Part shown: in pieces, positions 39,027 through 49,244 of the stretch | Layout: the number at the start of each line of letters is the position of its first letter | How positions within the stretch are numbered: the first letter of the stretch is position 1 | Assembly: GCA_016125385.1 (NCBI GenBank) | Contig: WGLV01000049.1 | Coordinates: 1 to 59,151 of the forward strand | From: a bacterium | GTDB taxonomy: Bacteria; Hinthialibacterota; Hinthialibacteria; Hinthialibacterales; Hinthialibacteraceae | Reading direction: 5' to 3' | DNA: 59,151 bases | The notes under the pieces: generated by a model | Database searches by the model: none | What the model was told of the DNA's origin: nothing | What the model saw: only the letters and a program-made list of their open reading frames with translations | Translations under genes and position numbers: made by a program

Positions 39027-41075
39027 ATGAAACTCCAAATGAAGGTTCTTCTCTGGCTGGCTGGATTACTCGTGATTGTTTTCGTCGTCTCCCAACTGGG
39101 CGCGTATAACGTCTCAAAATCAAGCATCGGATCGCTACAGGGACATTTCGAAAATGTCCTGCAAGACCAAAACCACCGCGACTCTCTGCTCGTAAGCGAT
39201 TTTATCGAAGAAGCGCTGGGGTTTTCAATCAAAAAAGGCGACATGGAAAGTTTTGAATCCCTGCTCGCCGATCTCAACAAGATCGAAGAACTCAAGGAGT
39301 TCACCCTGTTCAATGAAGAAGGCCGCGCGGCGTATTCAACCAGAGCTTCCATCGAAAACGAAAAACTCGACGGCGCCATCTGGACCCAGCTGAAAGAAAC
39401 CAAAACGAGCCACGTCGCCGAAACGGCGGATTCAATCCTCATCTATCAGCCCCAGATCGCGCAGGAACAATGCATGCAATGCCACGACTGGAAGGTCGGC
39501 GACGTCATCGGTGCTTCCTACATCCAGCTCGATACCAGCGCCTTGCATACCGCCCTCACCACCGTGTCTGAAGCCGCGAACCGTTTCTGGTTTTACCTCT
39601 GGAGCGGATCGCTCGGCGCCATCGCCCTGATCATGGCGATCACTTTCGCGCTGGTGTACGGCGTGATCCGCGTCTTTATTCTCAAACCGCTGGGCGTGTG
39701 CCTGAACGCGGCGAACAAAATCAGCGATGGAAACCTGACGACCCGGCTCAACGCGCAAAGCCGCGATGAGATGGGCGAGCTCAGCCTGGCCCTGAATTCG
39801 ATGGCGGAACGGCTCAACCAGATCGTCGCCTCCATCGCCGGGACGGCGCACGACGTCGCCGAGGGCGCCAATGAGATGGCCAACGCCTCTCTCTCCCTGT
39901 CAGAAAGCAACAACCTTCAGGCGTCGAGCCTGGGTGAAACCCGCGACGCCATCGGAGAACTGGCTGAATCGATCCAGCGAAACGCCCAGGACGCGGATCG
40001 TACGCGTGAGTCAGCCAATCGCGCCTCGCGCGAGATGGATGAGTGCGGCGCGGCGGTGTTGCAGACCGTCTCGGATATCAAAACCATCGCCGAACGCATC
40101 GGCGTCATCAACGATATCTCCGATCAGACCAACCTGCTGGCGCTAAACGCCGCCATCGAGGCGGCGCGGGCGGGCGAGTCGGGCAAGGGCTTTGCTGTGG
40201 TGGCCTCTGAAGTCCGTAAACTGGCTGAACGCAGCCGGACGGCGGCGATCGAAATCGACGAACTCGCCACGGGCGGCGTTCAGCGTGCTGAAAAAGCCGG
40301 CGCTTCGATCCGCGAAATCATCCCGCTGATTCAGGAAGCCGCCGGGCTGGTCGAAGGCATCGCCGCCGTATGCGGTGAACAGTCACACACCGCCGGTCAG
40401 ATACAGACCATCATTAACCGGCTTGATGGCGCGACGCAGGAGAATTCACGCACCAGTGAACGCACCGCGGCAGCCAGTGAAGAATTCTCCGCTCAGGCCC
40501 AATCGCTGATCGGCATGATCAATGGCTTTACCTACTCGAACGAAAACACCTCTTCATCCTCCTCGACATCCGTGCATGGCGCCTCATCCGCCGTCATGAA
40601 ACAAAACGCGGCCATCAAATCGTCGTCGCCGGTTAAACGGAAGACGCAGTTCTTTGAATGGGATGACTCGATGAGCGTGAAAAACAAAACGCTCGATGAC
40701 CAGCACAAGCGCCTGATCGCACTGGTCAACAAGTTGTTCGACGCCCTGAAGCAGAACAAGGGGAAATCAATACTGGGCGGCATCATCGACGAACTGATCG
40801 ACTACACCAGAACCCATTTCAAAAACGAGGAGCGCATCATGGCGCAAGGCGGCTACCCCAAATTGGAAAGCCACCAGAAACAGCATCACGCCTTCACCGA
40901 AAAAGCACTCGATCTGCAAACCCGCTTTCATCGGGGCGAACTGGTGCTCTCACAGGAAGTTCTCGATTTTCTCAAAGACTGGCTGATCAATCACATCATG
41001 AAACAAGACCAGCAATACGCGCCTTACCTGAAGGGAAACGGCGTCAATCATGAATTCACGGCCATTCGAAACTGA
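39027..41075 (+). CDS. Methyl-accepting chemotaxis protein with periplasmic CxxCH motif and C-terminal bacteriohemerythrin domain
   Basis: TM1, periplasmic domain with 'CMQCH', TM2, HAMP, MCP signalling domain ('[15 protein letters not shown]'). C-terminus carries all hemerythrin ligands: H(DDQHKRL), HFKNEE, HQKQHH, NHIMKQD. Confidence 0.85.
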   Translation: MKLQMKVLLWLAGLLVIVFVVSQLGAYNVSKSSIGSLQGHFENVLQDQNHRDSLLVSDFIEEALGFSIKKGDMESFESLLADLNKIEELKEFTLFNEEGRAAYSTRASIENEKLDGAIWTQLKETKTSHVAETADSILIYQPQIAQEQCMQCHDWKVGDVIGASYIQLDTSALHTALTTVSEAANRFWFYLWSGSLGAIALIMAITFALVYGVIRVFILKPLGVCLNAANKISDGNLTTRLNAQSRDEMGELSLALNSMAERLNQIVASIAGTAHDVAEGANEMANASLSLSESNNLQASSLGETRDAIGELAESIQRNAQDADRTRESANRASREMDECGAAVLQTVSDIKTIAERIGVINDISDQTNLLALNAAIEAARAGESGKGFAVVASEVRKLAERSRTAAIEIDELATGGVQRAEKAGASIREIIPLIQEAAGLVEGIAAVCGEQSHTAGQIQTIINRLDGATQENSRTSERTAAASEEFSAQAQSLIGMINGFTYSNENTSSSSSTSVHGASSAVMKQNAAIKSSSPVKRKTQFFEWDDSMSVKNKTLDDQHKRLIALVNKLFDALKQNKGKSILGGIIDELIDYTRTHFKNEERIMAQGGYPKLESHQKQHHAFTEKALDLQTRFHRGELVLSQEVLDFLKDWLINHIMKQDQQYAPYLKGNGVNHEFTAIRN

Positions 41076-41132
41076 TACTCTCTCTTTCCCCGAACCACTG
41101 TCGCGGCCGCCGATCGTTTGGCGGCCGCGTTT

Positions 41133-42578
41133 TTATTGAATGGATATTTCTCCCACGAAATAACGCCGGTGGCCGTCATCGCCTTCATGCGGCAAGGCGA
41201 TGACCGGCGTCCCGTCGCCCATCCCCACCGAAACGAAAACCTGATACATCCCCGGCTTCATGTTACGGGCGAAGCGGCAGGTTAAAGCGACTTCCTGCTC
41301 CGGCGCCTCGTCAGGCGGCCCAACGGGAAACTCCCTGACATGAACGTCTTCATTCACGAATACGCCGCAAATCCCGCCGTGGTCATCCTTCAACGTCAGC
41401 GCGATAAAACCGTCCGGATAACACGGCGCGACGCCAGCGTTGGCCCATTTCATCGAAACGGTCATCGGTTCCGTGAGCGACGCGCTCTCGGGCGCGGTCA
41501 GTTCGCGCAGTTGCAGCCGATACCCCAGCCGCCGGTTGATGCGATCGATCAGACCGCGTTGTTCCTCAAGAAACTCGCGGGGCCACCAGTGGATCGATGC
41601 GTAACTGGCGTGATATTCTTCCACCGCGCGGATGTACATCGAGCCGTCGCCCCACGCGCCTGAATCTCTCGAAGGGCCGTAGTGTTGGCACTCCAATACC
41701 ACAGGTTGGGCGGGCCAGAACCACTGCGCCATTTTCGCGTTGAAGAATGACTTGGGCGGAGGCTGAACCATGATGCTGTCATCGCGCAGCGTCATGCCCC
41801 GCTGGGCGGCGTCCTCAATGATTTCAAGACCGGGGTACTTGTTGATGTCATACTCCCCCGCTCCGCCCTGAAACGCAAAGTCGTCATTAACCGCCAGCAA
41901 CGTCTTTTTGAAATGTCGAAGGTACAAATCGATATGCTTTTCAACCACTTCAGCGGGGTATTTCATCCGTGTACTGGAAAAAGTATGCCCTTCGCCCCAG
42001 ACGCCGAACGACCCGACATCGATGAAATCAACGTTAGGATTCCCGTCATAGCGGGCCGCCGCCACGTCGAGAAACCGATCCTGTTTTTCAAGAAAAACCG
42101 GATCGTTGTAATCGGGTTCCCAATACGGACCGTCATCGCGGCGCTCTCCGGGTGAAAAGTTATATCCCTTCGCCCCGGCTTCTTCGACCCACTTCGGCGT
42201 GGCGTACCGCATCCACGATTCGCAGCATGAAAAACGGAACGCGACGCGCAGCCCCTTGTCGATCCAGCGCTGGGCGGGAGCGTCGACGATCGACCAGTGG
42301 AATTCGCCTTCACGGGGTTCGATGAACGCCCACGGCAGGCGCAGATAGATCACCGCCAGACCGGGAAAATCGTCCAGCGTGTCGGATGGCTCGAGTTTGC
42401 TTCCATAATTTTCGATAATGTTGCTGTAATAATGCAGCGTCCAGCCCATCGCGGGGTTTACCAGCGCTTCTCCCGAGTCAGCCGGGTGAACCGTCCATTG
42501 CCGCGCCGACGCATCCAATCCGCCGAACAGACAGAACATCCCGATCATCATCCATGAACAAACAAATTGAGATTTCAT
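41133..42578 (-). CDS. Secreted TIM-barrel glycoside hydrolase candidate (GH42/clan GH-A-like)
   Basis: Signal peptide. 'RLPWAFIEPREGEFHW' resembles the (W)xxxEPxxGxYxW strand motif of GH42/GH35-type enzymes. Family not resolved. Confidence 0.4.
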   Translation of the reverse strand: MKSQFVCSWMMIGMFCLFGGLDASARQWTVHPADSGEALVNPAMGWTLHYYSNIIENYGSKLEPSDTLDDFPGLAVIYLRLPWAFIEPREGEFHWSIVDAPAQRWIDKGLRVAFRFSCCESWMRYATPKWVEEAGAKGYNFSPGERRDDGPYWEPDYNDPVFLEKQDRFLDVAAARYDGNPNVDFIDVGSFGVWGEGHTFSSTRMKYPAEVVEKHIDLYLRHFKKTLLAVNDDFAFQGGAGEYDINKYPGLEIIEDAAQRGMTLRDDSIMVQPPPKSFFNAKMAQWFWPAQPVVLECQHYGPSRDSGAWGDGSMYIRAVEEYHASYASIHWWPREFLEEQRGLIDRINRRLGYRLQLRELTAPESASLTEPMTVSMKWANAGVAPCYPDGFIALTLKDDHGGICGVFVNEDVHVREFPVGPPDEAPEQEVALTCRFARNMKPGMYQVFVSVGMGDGTPVIALPHEGDDGHRRYFVGEISIQ

Positions 42579-42802
42579 GACGGGTCCTTTTTACGATCGA
42601 TAATCGCCGCACGCGTCGCGTTCCCGATTACGCGAAACGTAGAGAGGGCGGCTCAATGCGGATTGTCCCATATCCCGAATGAGGATTCAAACGGAACGGC
42701 CGCGCTTGTTTTCATTCACGGTTTGGAGATAGGCTAGCGGCGTCCAACGTTTGTCCACGCATCGCTGATCTCTGAAACCACGACCTCACTGAGGAGAGCG
42801 AC

Positions 42803-45019
42803 ATGATTCGTCTGACGATGATAGGCGCCGCCCTGGCGTTTTCCGTACTGACCGCCGCCGCCCAGAATCGGCCTGTTGGCATCGAGCACGACTGGTTGAT
42901 TGATCCCGTTCAGAATGATGCGGCGATCCAGACCGATCGGGATACGCATCAGTTGATCCTGAACAATGGGTTGATCGAGCGCCGCTTTCTGACCTCGCCC
43001 AATCTGGCGTCGATTTCATTGAAAAACCTCTATACAGGCGAGGAATTGATCCGTGGCGTAAAACCCGAGGCGATCCTGAAACTGAATGGAACCGAGTACG
43101 CGATCGGCGGGCTCGACGGGCAGCCCAATTACGCGTATTTGAAAGAAGAATGGCTGGACGATCTGAAGACGAATCCCGCCGCGTTTCAGTTCAGCGGGAG
43201 CCGGGTTGACGCCATCGCCCCGCGCATGGAATGGAAACGCGCCCGCCCCGCCGGCGAAACCCAATGGCCGCCGCTCGGCAAGACCCTGACGCTGACCTTC
43301 ACGCCGCCCGCCGCCCTTTCCGCTCTCCAGGGCGTCGAGGTCGAGGTTCACTACAACCTCTACCAGGGCATGCCCGTGCTGGCCAAATGGCTGACCGTCG
43401 TCAATCGTTCCCAAAGCGCGCTGACCATTGACGCCGCGACCACCGAAGTTCTCGCCGTGGTCGAACGCGTCAGCGACGTCGAACGCTCTCGCACCACCAA
43501 ACCCCGCCGCACCGGCGGCGTGCTTGAATACAACGATCTCGCCGATATCAGCAACCCGCGCATTCACGTACAAAGCGATTATTCATTTTGCGGCATGAGT
43601 TATCAGTCGGCCGATCAGACCACCTTCTGGCTCCCCGACGATCAATACGCGACCCAGGTTAATTACGATCGCCAATGGCCGCACATGCTGACCTGCCGCT
43701 ATCCCTATGGCCCCGCCATCACGCTGGAGCCGGGCGGACGCTTCGATTCATTCCGCGTGTTTGAGTTGCTCTTCGACAGCGATGACAAAGAGCGGCGCGG
43801 ACTCGCGGTGCGGCGCATGCAGCGCGCCCTCGCGCCCTGGGCGACTGAAAACCCGACCATGCTCCACCTGCGTTATTCCGACTCCGAATCAATTCACCGG
43901 GCGGTCGATCAATGCGTCGCGACCGGCTTCGAAATGATCATTCTCAGCTTCGGCAGTGGAATTAATATGGAGAGCGACGATCCCGAATACATCGCGCGGA
44001 TCAAAGCCGATTTCGATTACGCTCATTCGAAAGGAATCCAGATCGGCGGATACTCGCTGCTGTCGTCGCGCGACGCCGGCCCCGAGTACAACGTCATCGA
44101 TCCCAAAACGGGCGAGCCTGGCGCGTACTTCGGCCAGGCGCCCTGTCTGATGAGCGAGTGGGGAGATCGTTATTTCGAGAATCTGAAAAACTTTATCGAA
44201 CAAACCGGCTGTGACGTGCTCGAACACGACGGCTCATACCCCGGCGACCCGTGCGCCTCCACCACGCACAACGGTCACAAAGGACTGGAGGATTCGCAAT
44301 ACAAACAACACAAACGCATCGCCGATTTTTACGCGTGGTGCCGGGCTCGCGGCGTGTTTCTCAACGTGCCCGACTATTACATCCTCAGCGGTTCAAACAA
44401 AACCGGCATGGGCTATCGCGAAACCAACTGGAGCCTGCCTCGCGCCATGCAGCTGATGCACACCCGCCAGAACATCTTCGACGGGACGTGGTTCAAGTCG
44501 CCCAGCATGGGCTGGATGTTCGTACCTCTCGTCGAATATCACGGCGGCGGCGCGGCGGCCACCATCGAACCCTTGCGCGAACACCTCGATACCTACGAGC
44601 GCTTTCTCATTGAAAACCTGCTGTCCGGCGTACAGGCCTGCTATCGCGGGCCGCGCCTCTACGACGCCGATGAAACCCGTGACATGGTCAGAAAATGGGT
44701 TGATTTTTATAAGCGGGATCGAGAGGTGCTCGATTCGGAAATCATTCATTTGCGCCGTCCGGATGGCCGCGATTACGACGGCATCCTGCATGTGAACCCG
44801 CGCGGCGCCGTAAAAGGATTCGCGGCGTTCTTTAATCCGACGGAGCATCCCATCGATAAAACGATCGCCCTCCCGCTCTATTACACCGGCCTGAGCGGCG
44901 AAGCGCGCGTATCGGAACGCGGAGCCGCGGCGAAAACATATTCTCTCGCGTGCGACGCGTCAATCGAATTGCCGCTTTCCATCGAACCGAACGGCTGGAC
45001 GTGGTTCCGCATCGAGTAA
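42803..45019 (+). CDS. Secreted hypothetical protein, possible glycoside hydrolase
   Basis: Signal peptide. 738 aa. Central region 'FEMIILSFGSG...KGIQIGGYSLL' suggests a TIM barrel. No confident family. Confidence 0.35.
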   Translation: MIRLTMIGAALAFSVLTAAAQNRPVGIEHDWLIDPVQNDAAIQTDRDTHQLILNNGLIERRFLTSPNLASISLKNLYTGEELIRGVKPEAILKLNGTEYAIGGLDGQPNYAYLKEEWLDDLKTNPAAFQFSGSRVDAIAPRMEWKRARPAGETQWPPLGKTLTLTFTPPAALSALQGVEVEVHYNLYQGMPVLAKWLTVVNRSQSALTIDAATTEVLAVVERVSDVERSRTTKPRRTGGVLEYNDLADISNPRIHVQSDYSFCGMSYQSADQTTFWLPDDQYATQVNYDRQWPHMLTCRYPYGPAITLEPGGRFDSFRVFELLFDSDDKERRGLAVRRMQRALAPWATENPTMLHLRYSDSESIHRAVDQCVATGFEMIILSFGSGINMESDDPEYIARIKADFDYAHSKGIQIGGYSLLSSRDAGPEYNVIDPKTGEPGAYFGQAPCLMSEWGDRYFENLKNFIEQTGCDVLEHDGSYPGDPCASTTHNGHKGLEDSQYKQHKRIADFYAWCRARGVFLNVPDYYILSGSNKTGMGYRETNWSLPRAMQLMHTRQNIFDGTWFKSPSMGWMFVPLVEYHGGGAAATIEPLREHLDTYERFLIENLLSGVQACYRGPRLYDADETRDMVRKWVDFYKRDREVLDSEIIHLRRPDGRDYDGILHVNPRGAVKGFAAFFNPTEHPIDKTIALPLYYTGLSGEARVSERGAAAKTYSLACDASIELPLSIEPNGWTWFRIE

Positions 45020-45025
45020 ACCACG

Positions 45026-46234
45026 TTGGAACTGATCATCTTCGCCTTTGTCTATCTGGGGATGTTCCTCGGCGGCATACCCGGTCTGGCGCTGGACCGT
45101 ACCGGCGTAGCGCTGCTTGGAGGAATCGCGGCGGTTGCGTTTGGTGCGCTCTCACCTGATGAAGCGTGGCGGGCGGTCGATGTATCGACTATGGGCCTGC
45201 TCTTTGGTTTGATGATCGTCTCGGCTCAGTTCAGGTTAGGCGGTTTTTACGGCTGGGTAACGCGTGGGGTGGCCTCCGCGCCTGGCTCGCCGCCACGCCT
45301 GCTGTTTGTTCTCTGTATGGTGGCGGGCGGCTTGTCAGCCCTGCTGGCCAATGACGTCGTCTGCCTCGCGATGGCTCCGCTGCTGGTGGAGGGGTGCGCA
45401 CGACGTAAGATGAATCCTGCTCCGTTCCTGCTGGCGCTCGCCTGCGCGGCGAACGCCGGCTCGGCGGCCACCCTGATCGGCAATCCACAAAACATGCTCA
45501 TTGGCCAGCGTCTCCATCTGTCGTTTCACCGTTACCTGATCGAGGCGGGAATCCCTTCCCTGCTGAGCCTCGCGGCGGTGTGGTTCATAATCGCGCGCCA
45601 ATACCGCTCCCGATGGTCATGGGAAAAAGCCCCCGTGCAGGAGAACATGATCCCCTTCGATGTCTGGCAAACCGCTAAAGGAGCGGCGGTGTTGATCATG
45701 CTCATCGCCGTATTTCTGTTCAGCGCGATTCCCCGTGAAATCGCGGCGCTGGCGGCCGCTGGGTGGTTGTTACTGAGCCGCCGCATGGCGTCTAGACGCA
45801 TGCTCGAGTATGTTGACTGGCATCTGCTCGTTTTGTTCATGGGCCTGTTTATCGTCAACCACGCACTCGAGGCATCGGGCCGGCTCGACTCCGCCATGAA
45901 CGCTCTGGCGTTGGCCGGTGTAGACGCGCGGCGTCCTGCTGACCTGTTCATCATCACGGCGGTCTTGTCGAATCTCGTTTCCAACGTCCCCGCCGTGATG
46001 TTGCTGCTTCCCGCCGCGAAACATCCACTGGCTGGTTCGATTCTCGCGCTTTCCAGCACGCTGGCGGGCAATTTCATCATCGTGGGCAGCATCGCCAACA
46101 TCATCGTGGTGGACAAAGCGCGCGACGCCGGAGTGGAGATCGGCTGGCGTGAACACGCACGCACGGGGGTTCCCGTAACGCTGGCGACGCTTGCCATCGC
46201 GGCGCTCTGGCTTATGATGCTTGCGCGGTGGTAA
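45026..46234 (+). CDS. ArsB/NhaD/CitMHS-superfamily permease
   Basis: 402 aa with 10-12 hydrophobic helices. Internal duplication pattern and 'GNPQNMLIG' resemble the ArsB/NhaD anion-permease superfamily. Confidence 0.5.
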   Translation: MELIIFAFVYLGMFLGGIPGLALDRTGVALLGGIAAVAFGALSPDEAWRAVDVSTMGLLFGLMIVSAQFRLGGFYGWVTRGVASAPGSPPRLLFVLCMVAGGLSALLANDVVCLAMAPLLVEGCARRKMNPAPFLLALACAANAGSAATLIGNPQNMLIGQRLHLSFHRYLIEAGIPSLLSLAAVWFIIARQYRSRWSWEKAPVQENMIPFDVWQTAKGAAVLIMLIAVFLFSAIPREIAALAAAGWLLLSRRMASRRMLEYVDWHLLVLFMGLFIVNHALEASGRLDSAMNALALAGVDARRPADLFIITAVLSNLVSNVPAVMLLLPAAKHPLAGSILALSSTLAGNFIIVGSIANIIVVDKARDAGVEIGWREHARTGVPVTLATLAIAALWLMMLARW

Positions 46235-46271
46235 TACGAGTCTCATATCAATCCATAGCGGTAAACACGTC

Positions 46272-47093
46272 ATGAATCATCACGGCCATCATCATAGCCA
46301 TGACCCCGGTCATCACCATCACGATCGTTCACATACCCACTCGCACGGCGGCGCGAGCCACTACGCGGAGGCCGCGCACAAACGATTCACCCGCGTGGAG
46401 TGCGGCGGCCTGCTTGAAACGCTCGCCGCGCGATTGTGTGAAATCGCGGCGTCTCATCATCCATCCGCCGAACCGCGCGCGCTGCTTCACTTCGCCGAGC
46501 CGGACGTACCCGCGGCGGAGCCTTGCATCATTAGCGCCCTGGCCGATCGGGCGCGCCTGCACAGGCAATCCATCCCCCTCGGCGCCTTTTCCACACAGGA
46601 CGATGCTCCATCGCTGAAAGAAGTACGCGGCGTGATGCGCATCGGGGCGGATGCGGCGGCGGAAGCGATGCGAGGCGGATCGCGCCTTCTCATCGTCTCA
46701 TGCTCCGGAAAAGAACTGGCGGAGCGGGCGCTGGAGGCCAGCGAGGCCACACTCGCCAACCAAACCGGCGGAGCGGCGATTCTCGCCCGGTCGCGCAGTA
46801 CGGCGCTGACCGCCATGACGGGGGCGATCGTTCAGGCGGGATGTCATCACACCGCGATCCTGCTGGATGGAATCCCCGCGTTGACCGCGATGGCGCTCGC
46901 GGCCAGCCTTGACCCATCCACCGCCAACGCGGCGATATTAGCCTGCGTTGAAACAAATCCGTTAACCGAAGCCCTCGTACAACGATTAAATTTGACGCCG
47001 ATCCTGCGCGCCGGCCATGCGGCGCCGGTCAATGCCATTCTCGCTCTGCCCATGATCGACGCGGCTATCCACGTTTACGAACAGCTGGCTTGA
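46272..47093 (+). CDS. His-rich protein with CobT-like (phosphoribosyltransferase-fold) C-terminal region
   Basis: N-terminus 'MNHHGHHHSHDPGHHHHDRSHTHSHGG'. C-terminal 'ILLDGIPALTAMALAASLDP...ALPMIDAA' aligns by eye to the CobT 'LLDGFISTAAALVA...ALALPLL' region, but the catalytic GEGTG is not conserved. Confidence 0.35.
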   Translation: MNHHGHHHSHDPGHHHHDRSHTHSHGGASHYAEAAHKRFTRVECGGLLETLAARLCEIAASHHPSAEPRALLHFAEPDVPAAEPCIISALADRARLHRQSIPLGAFSTQDDAPSLKEVRGVMRIGADAAAEAMRGGSRLLIVSCSGKELAERALEASEATLANQTGGAAILARSRSTALTAMTGAIVQAGCHHTAILLDGIPALTAMALAASLDPSTANAAILACVETNPLTEALVQRLNLTPILRAGHAAPVNAILALPMIDAAIHVYEQLA

Positions 47094-47120
47094 CTGACGA
47101 ACTCACTCACGGGAACACTC

Positions 47121-47720
47121 ATGACCATGAAAATTCTTGATCGCATCCACGACGTCATACAAAAAGAAGCCCAGGCCGTCGCCTCGATTCAGATTACTTC
47201 CGAATTTGAAAAAGCCGTGCTCGCCATGCGCGATTGCGAGGGCAAAGTGTTGACCACCGGCATCGGCAAGGCGGGTTTCATCGCGCGCAAATTCGCCGCG
47301 ACGCTCTGCTCGACCTGCACGCCGTCCGCCTTTATCCATCCCGGCGAAGCGGCCCACGGCGATCTGGGACTGATCGGCTCGCGCGATTGCATCGTAGCGT
47401 TTTCAACCAGCGGTAAATCCACCGAAGTCATCGAAATGCTCGATCTCTCCCGCCATCTGCACGTCAGCCGCATCATCGGAATCACCTCGCATCCCGATTC
47501 GGAACTGCGCACTCGCTGCGATGTCGTCATCGATATGGGCGTTCACGAAGAGGCCTGCCCGTTGGGGCTGACGCCCACCGCAAGCATCGCCGTCATGCTG
47601 AGCATCTCCGACGGGCTGGCCATCGCACTGATGGAACTCAAAGGCGTAACCGCGCGTGACTTTGGTCTTCGCCACCACGGCGGCTATCTCGGCCGCAGAG
47701 CCCGCACGGACAACGAATAA
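47121..47720 (+). CDS. SIS-domain sugar-phosphate isomerase (KpsF/GutQ-type SIS domain without CBS pair)
   Basis: 'VLTTGIGKAGFIARKFAATL' and 'SGKSTEVIEML' match SIS phosphosugar-binding motifs. Confidence 0.65.
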   Translation: MTMKILDRIHDVIQKEAQAVASIQITSEFEKAVLAMRDCEGKVLTTGIGKAGFIARKFAATLCSTCTPSAFIHPGEAAHGDLGLIGSRDCIVAFSTSGKSTEVIEMLDLSRHLHVSRIIGITSHPDSELRTRCDVVIDMGVHEEACPLGLTPTASIAVMLSISDGLAIALMELKGVTARDFGLRHHGGYLGRRARTDNE

Positions 47721-48169
47721 CCGGTCTGTAAAAACAATCGAGTTGACGCCTCCTCACGTTCGTTCCGCATCGATTCCAATAAAAGAATAGTGTTATTGAA
47801 AAATATAATTCCACTCAAATACTCATAACCAATAAACTGCATTTTTTCCACAACTCCCAAAACAAGGCGCCATCTTTGCATAATAAAATCACAAGCCGTA
47901 CACAAATTGTGATTTCCTCAGAGAAAACCACATTTTTTATCAAAAAATGATGGAAAAAGCACTATTTGTATGTTGAAATGCAAACATACGATTGTTTAAT
48001 TATCAGCAAGCCGGACAATCTATTCTTTTATGCAAGGAGGGCCTGACTTTCTTCAATCGCATTTGTTCACCGCCGCATGATTTCACTGTAATACAACAAC
48101 CTGCGCTCGCGGGGTGAATCTCGTCGTAAAACGTTCATTTTAATTCTCTGATCAGGAAAGGAAGAACCG
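47721..48169 (+). promoter_or_regulatory. AT-rich 450-nt intergenic region with two perfect inverted repeats
   Basis: AAATCACAA-N12-TTGTGATTT at 47886-47915. GTATGTT-N8-AACATAC at 47968-47989. Strongly AT-rich compared with flanking genes. Confidence 0.35.
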
Positions 48170-49174
48170 ATGAAGTGTAAAACGCTGATCGCGTCGGCTC
48201 TGATTCTCGCCGCGTCGGGAATCGCCAGCGCGCAAAACGTGCTGTTTTTTGATGATTTCAACACGCCTGATTCAAAAGCGAACTGGGAAATCAAAGAGAA
48301 TATGCCAAGGCTTGATCCCGCCGGCGTGCGTCACGATTACGCCTTCGGCGTTGAGCCCACCGAAACCGGCATCGACGGCGAATACTCCTTTTTCGACATC
48401 CCCGAAGCCCCGCGCAGTTCCGACACGAACGGAACCGGTCTGTGGATGGCCGTGCAGTTGCTCGGGGGTGAAAACGACGGCCTCAACTTTTATACGAAAG
48501 ATACCTTCACCGGCAACATCCGCGTAACCGTCGACGTCTTCATGCGCTGGGGCGGCAGTGGATCGACCGAGTACATGGGGCTGGGCATCTTCCACAGCGG
48601 TGACCAGTTCAATAATTTTGAACAGGCGCTCGACGGCGGCGATACGCTCGGCTCAGGCGGAGATGGGTACATCTTCTGGATGGACACCGACGGCGACTGC
48701 GGCGATTGCGACTACCTCTTCAGTAAATACGTGCCCGGCATCTCGATTCAGCCCGGCGACAGCGACGCCGACCCGCCTTCTCCTTTCGGATGGGGTTGCG
48801 GCGACTGGAACTTCTCCAACTCCGACTACAATGACATCTGCCTGATTGACAAAGACGCCGATCCGCTCTTCGCCGAAATCTTTCCCGCCGAAGGCCGGTT
48901 GGGTCACGCCAACGGCAACGTTGAAGGCGCCCCCGCCAACGACTGGGCCACGGTGATGATGGAGTACATCGACGGAACCATCACCGTGTATCTCAACGGC
49001 GTGCTGGTTCACACGTACAACGATCCCGACAAGACCTACACCTCGGGCAAGATCATGCTGGCGTGGGAAGACCCCTTCACTTCGCTGGGGTCTGAACAGA
49101 TGGGCTGGTTTGATAATTTCGAAGTCGTTCAGCTCGAATCGTCCGCCATCACGGACTGGAGCGTACTGAAGTAA
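48170..49174 (+). CDS. Secreted LamG/concanavalin-like protein with Cys-rich insert
   Basis: Signal peptide. 'LFFDDFN' N-terminal and 'GWFDNFEVV' C-terminal strands of a jelly-roll fold. 'DCGDCDY' and 'GWGCGDW' Cys pairs. Confidence 0.5.
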   Translation: MKCKTLIASALILAASGIASAQNVLFFDDFNTPDSKANWEIKENMPRLDPAGVRHDYAFGVEPTETGIDGEYSFFDIPEAPRSSDTNGTGLWMAVQLLGGENDGLNFYTKDTFTGNIRVTVDVFMRWGGSGSTEYMGLGIFHSGDQFNNFEQALDGGDTLGSGGDGYIFWMDTDGDCGDCDYLFSKYVPGISIQPGDSDADPPSPFGWGCGDWNFSNSDYNDICLIDKDADPLFAEIFPAEGRLGHANGNVEGAPANDWATVMMEYIDGTITVYLNGVLVHTYNDPDKTYTSGKIMLAWEDPFTSLGSEQMGWFDNFEVVQLESSAITDWSVLK

Positions 49175-49210
49175 TTTTCTTTCGCGAACAGGGTAAGTAT
49201 AAAAACAAAA

Positions 49211-49244
49211 CGCCGCGCGGGTTCATCCGGCGCGGCGTTTTTCA
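49211..49244. terminator. Bidirectional rho-independent terminator
   Basis: GCCGCGCGG-gttcat-CCGGCGCGGC hairpin flanked by an A-run and a T-run. Confidence 0.6.
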
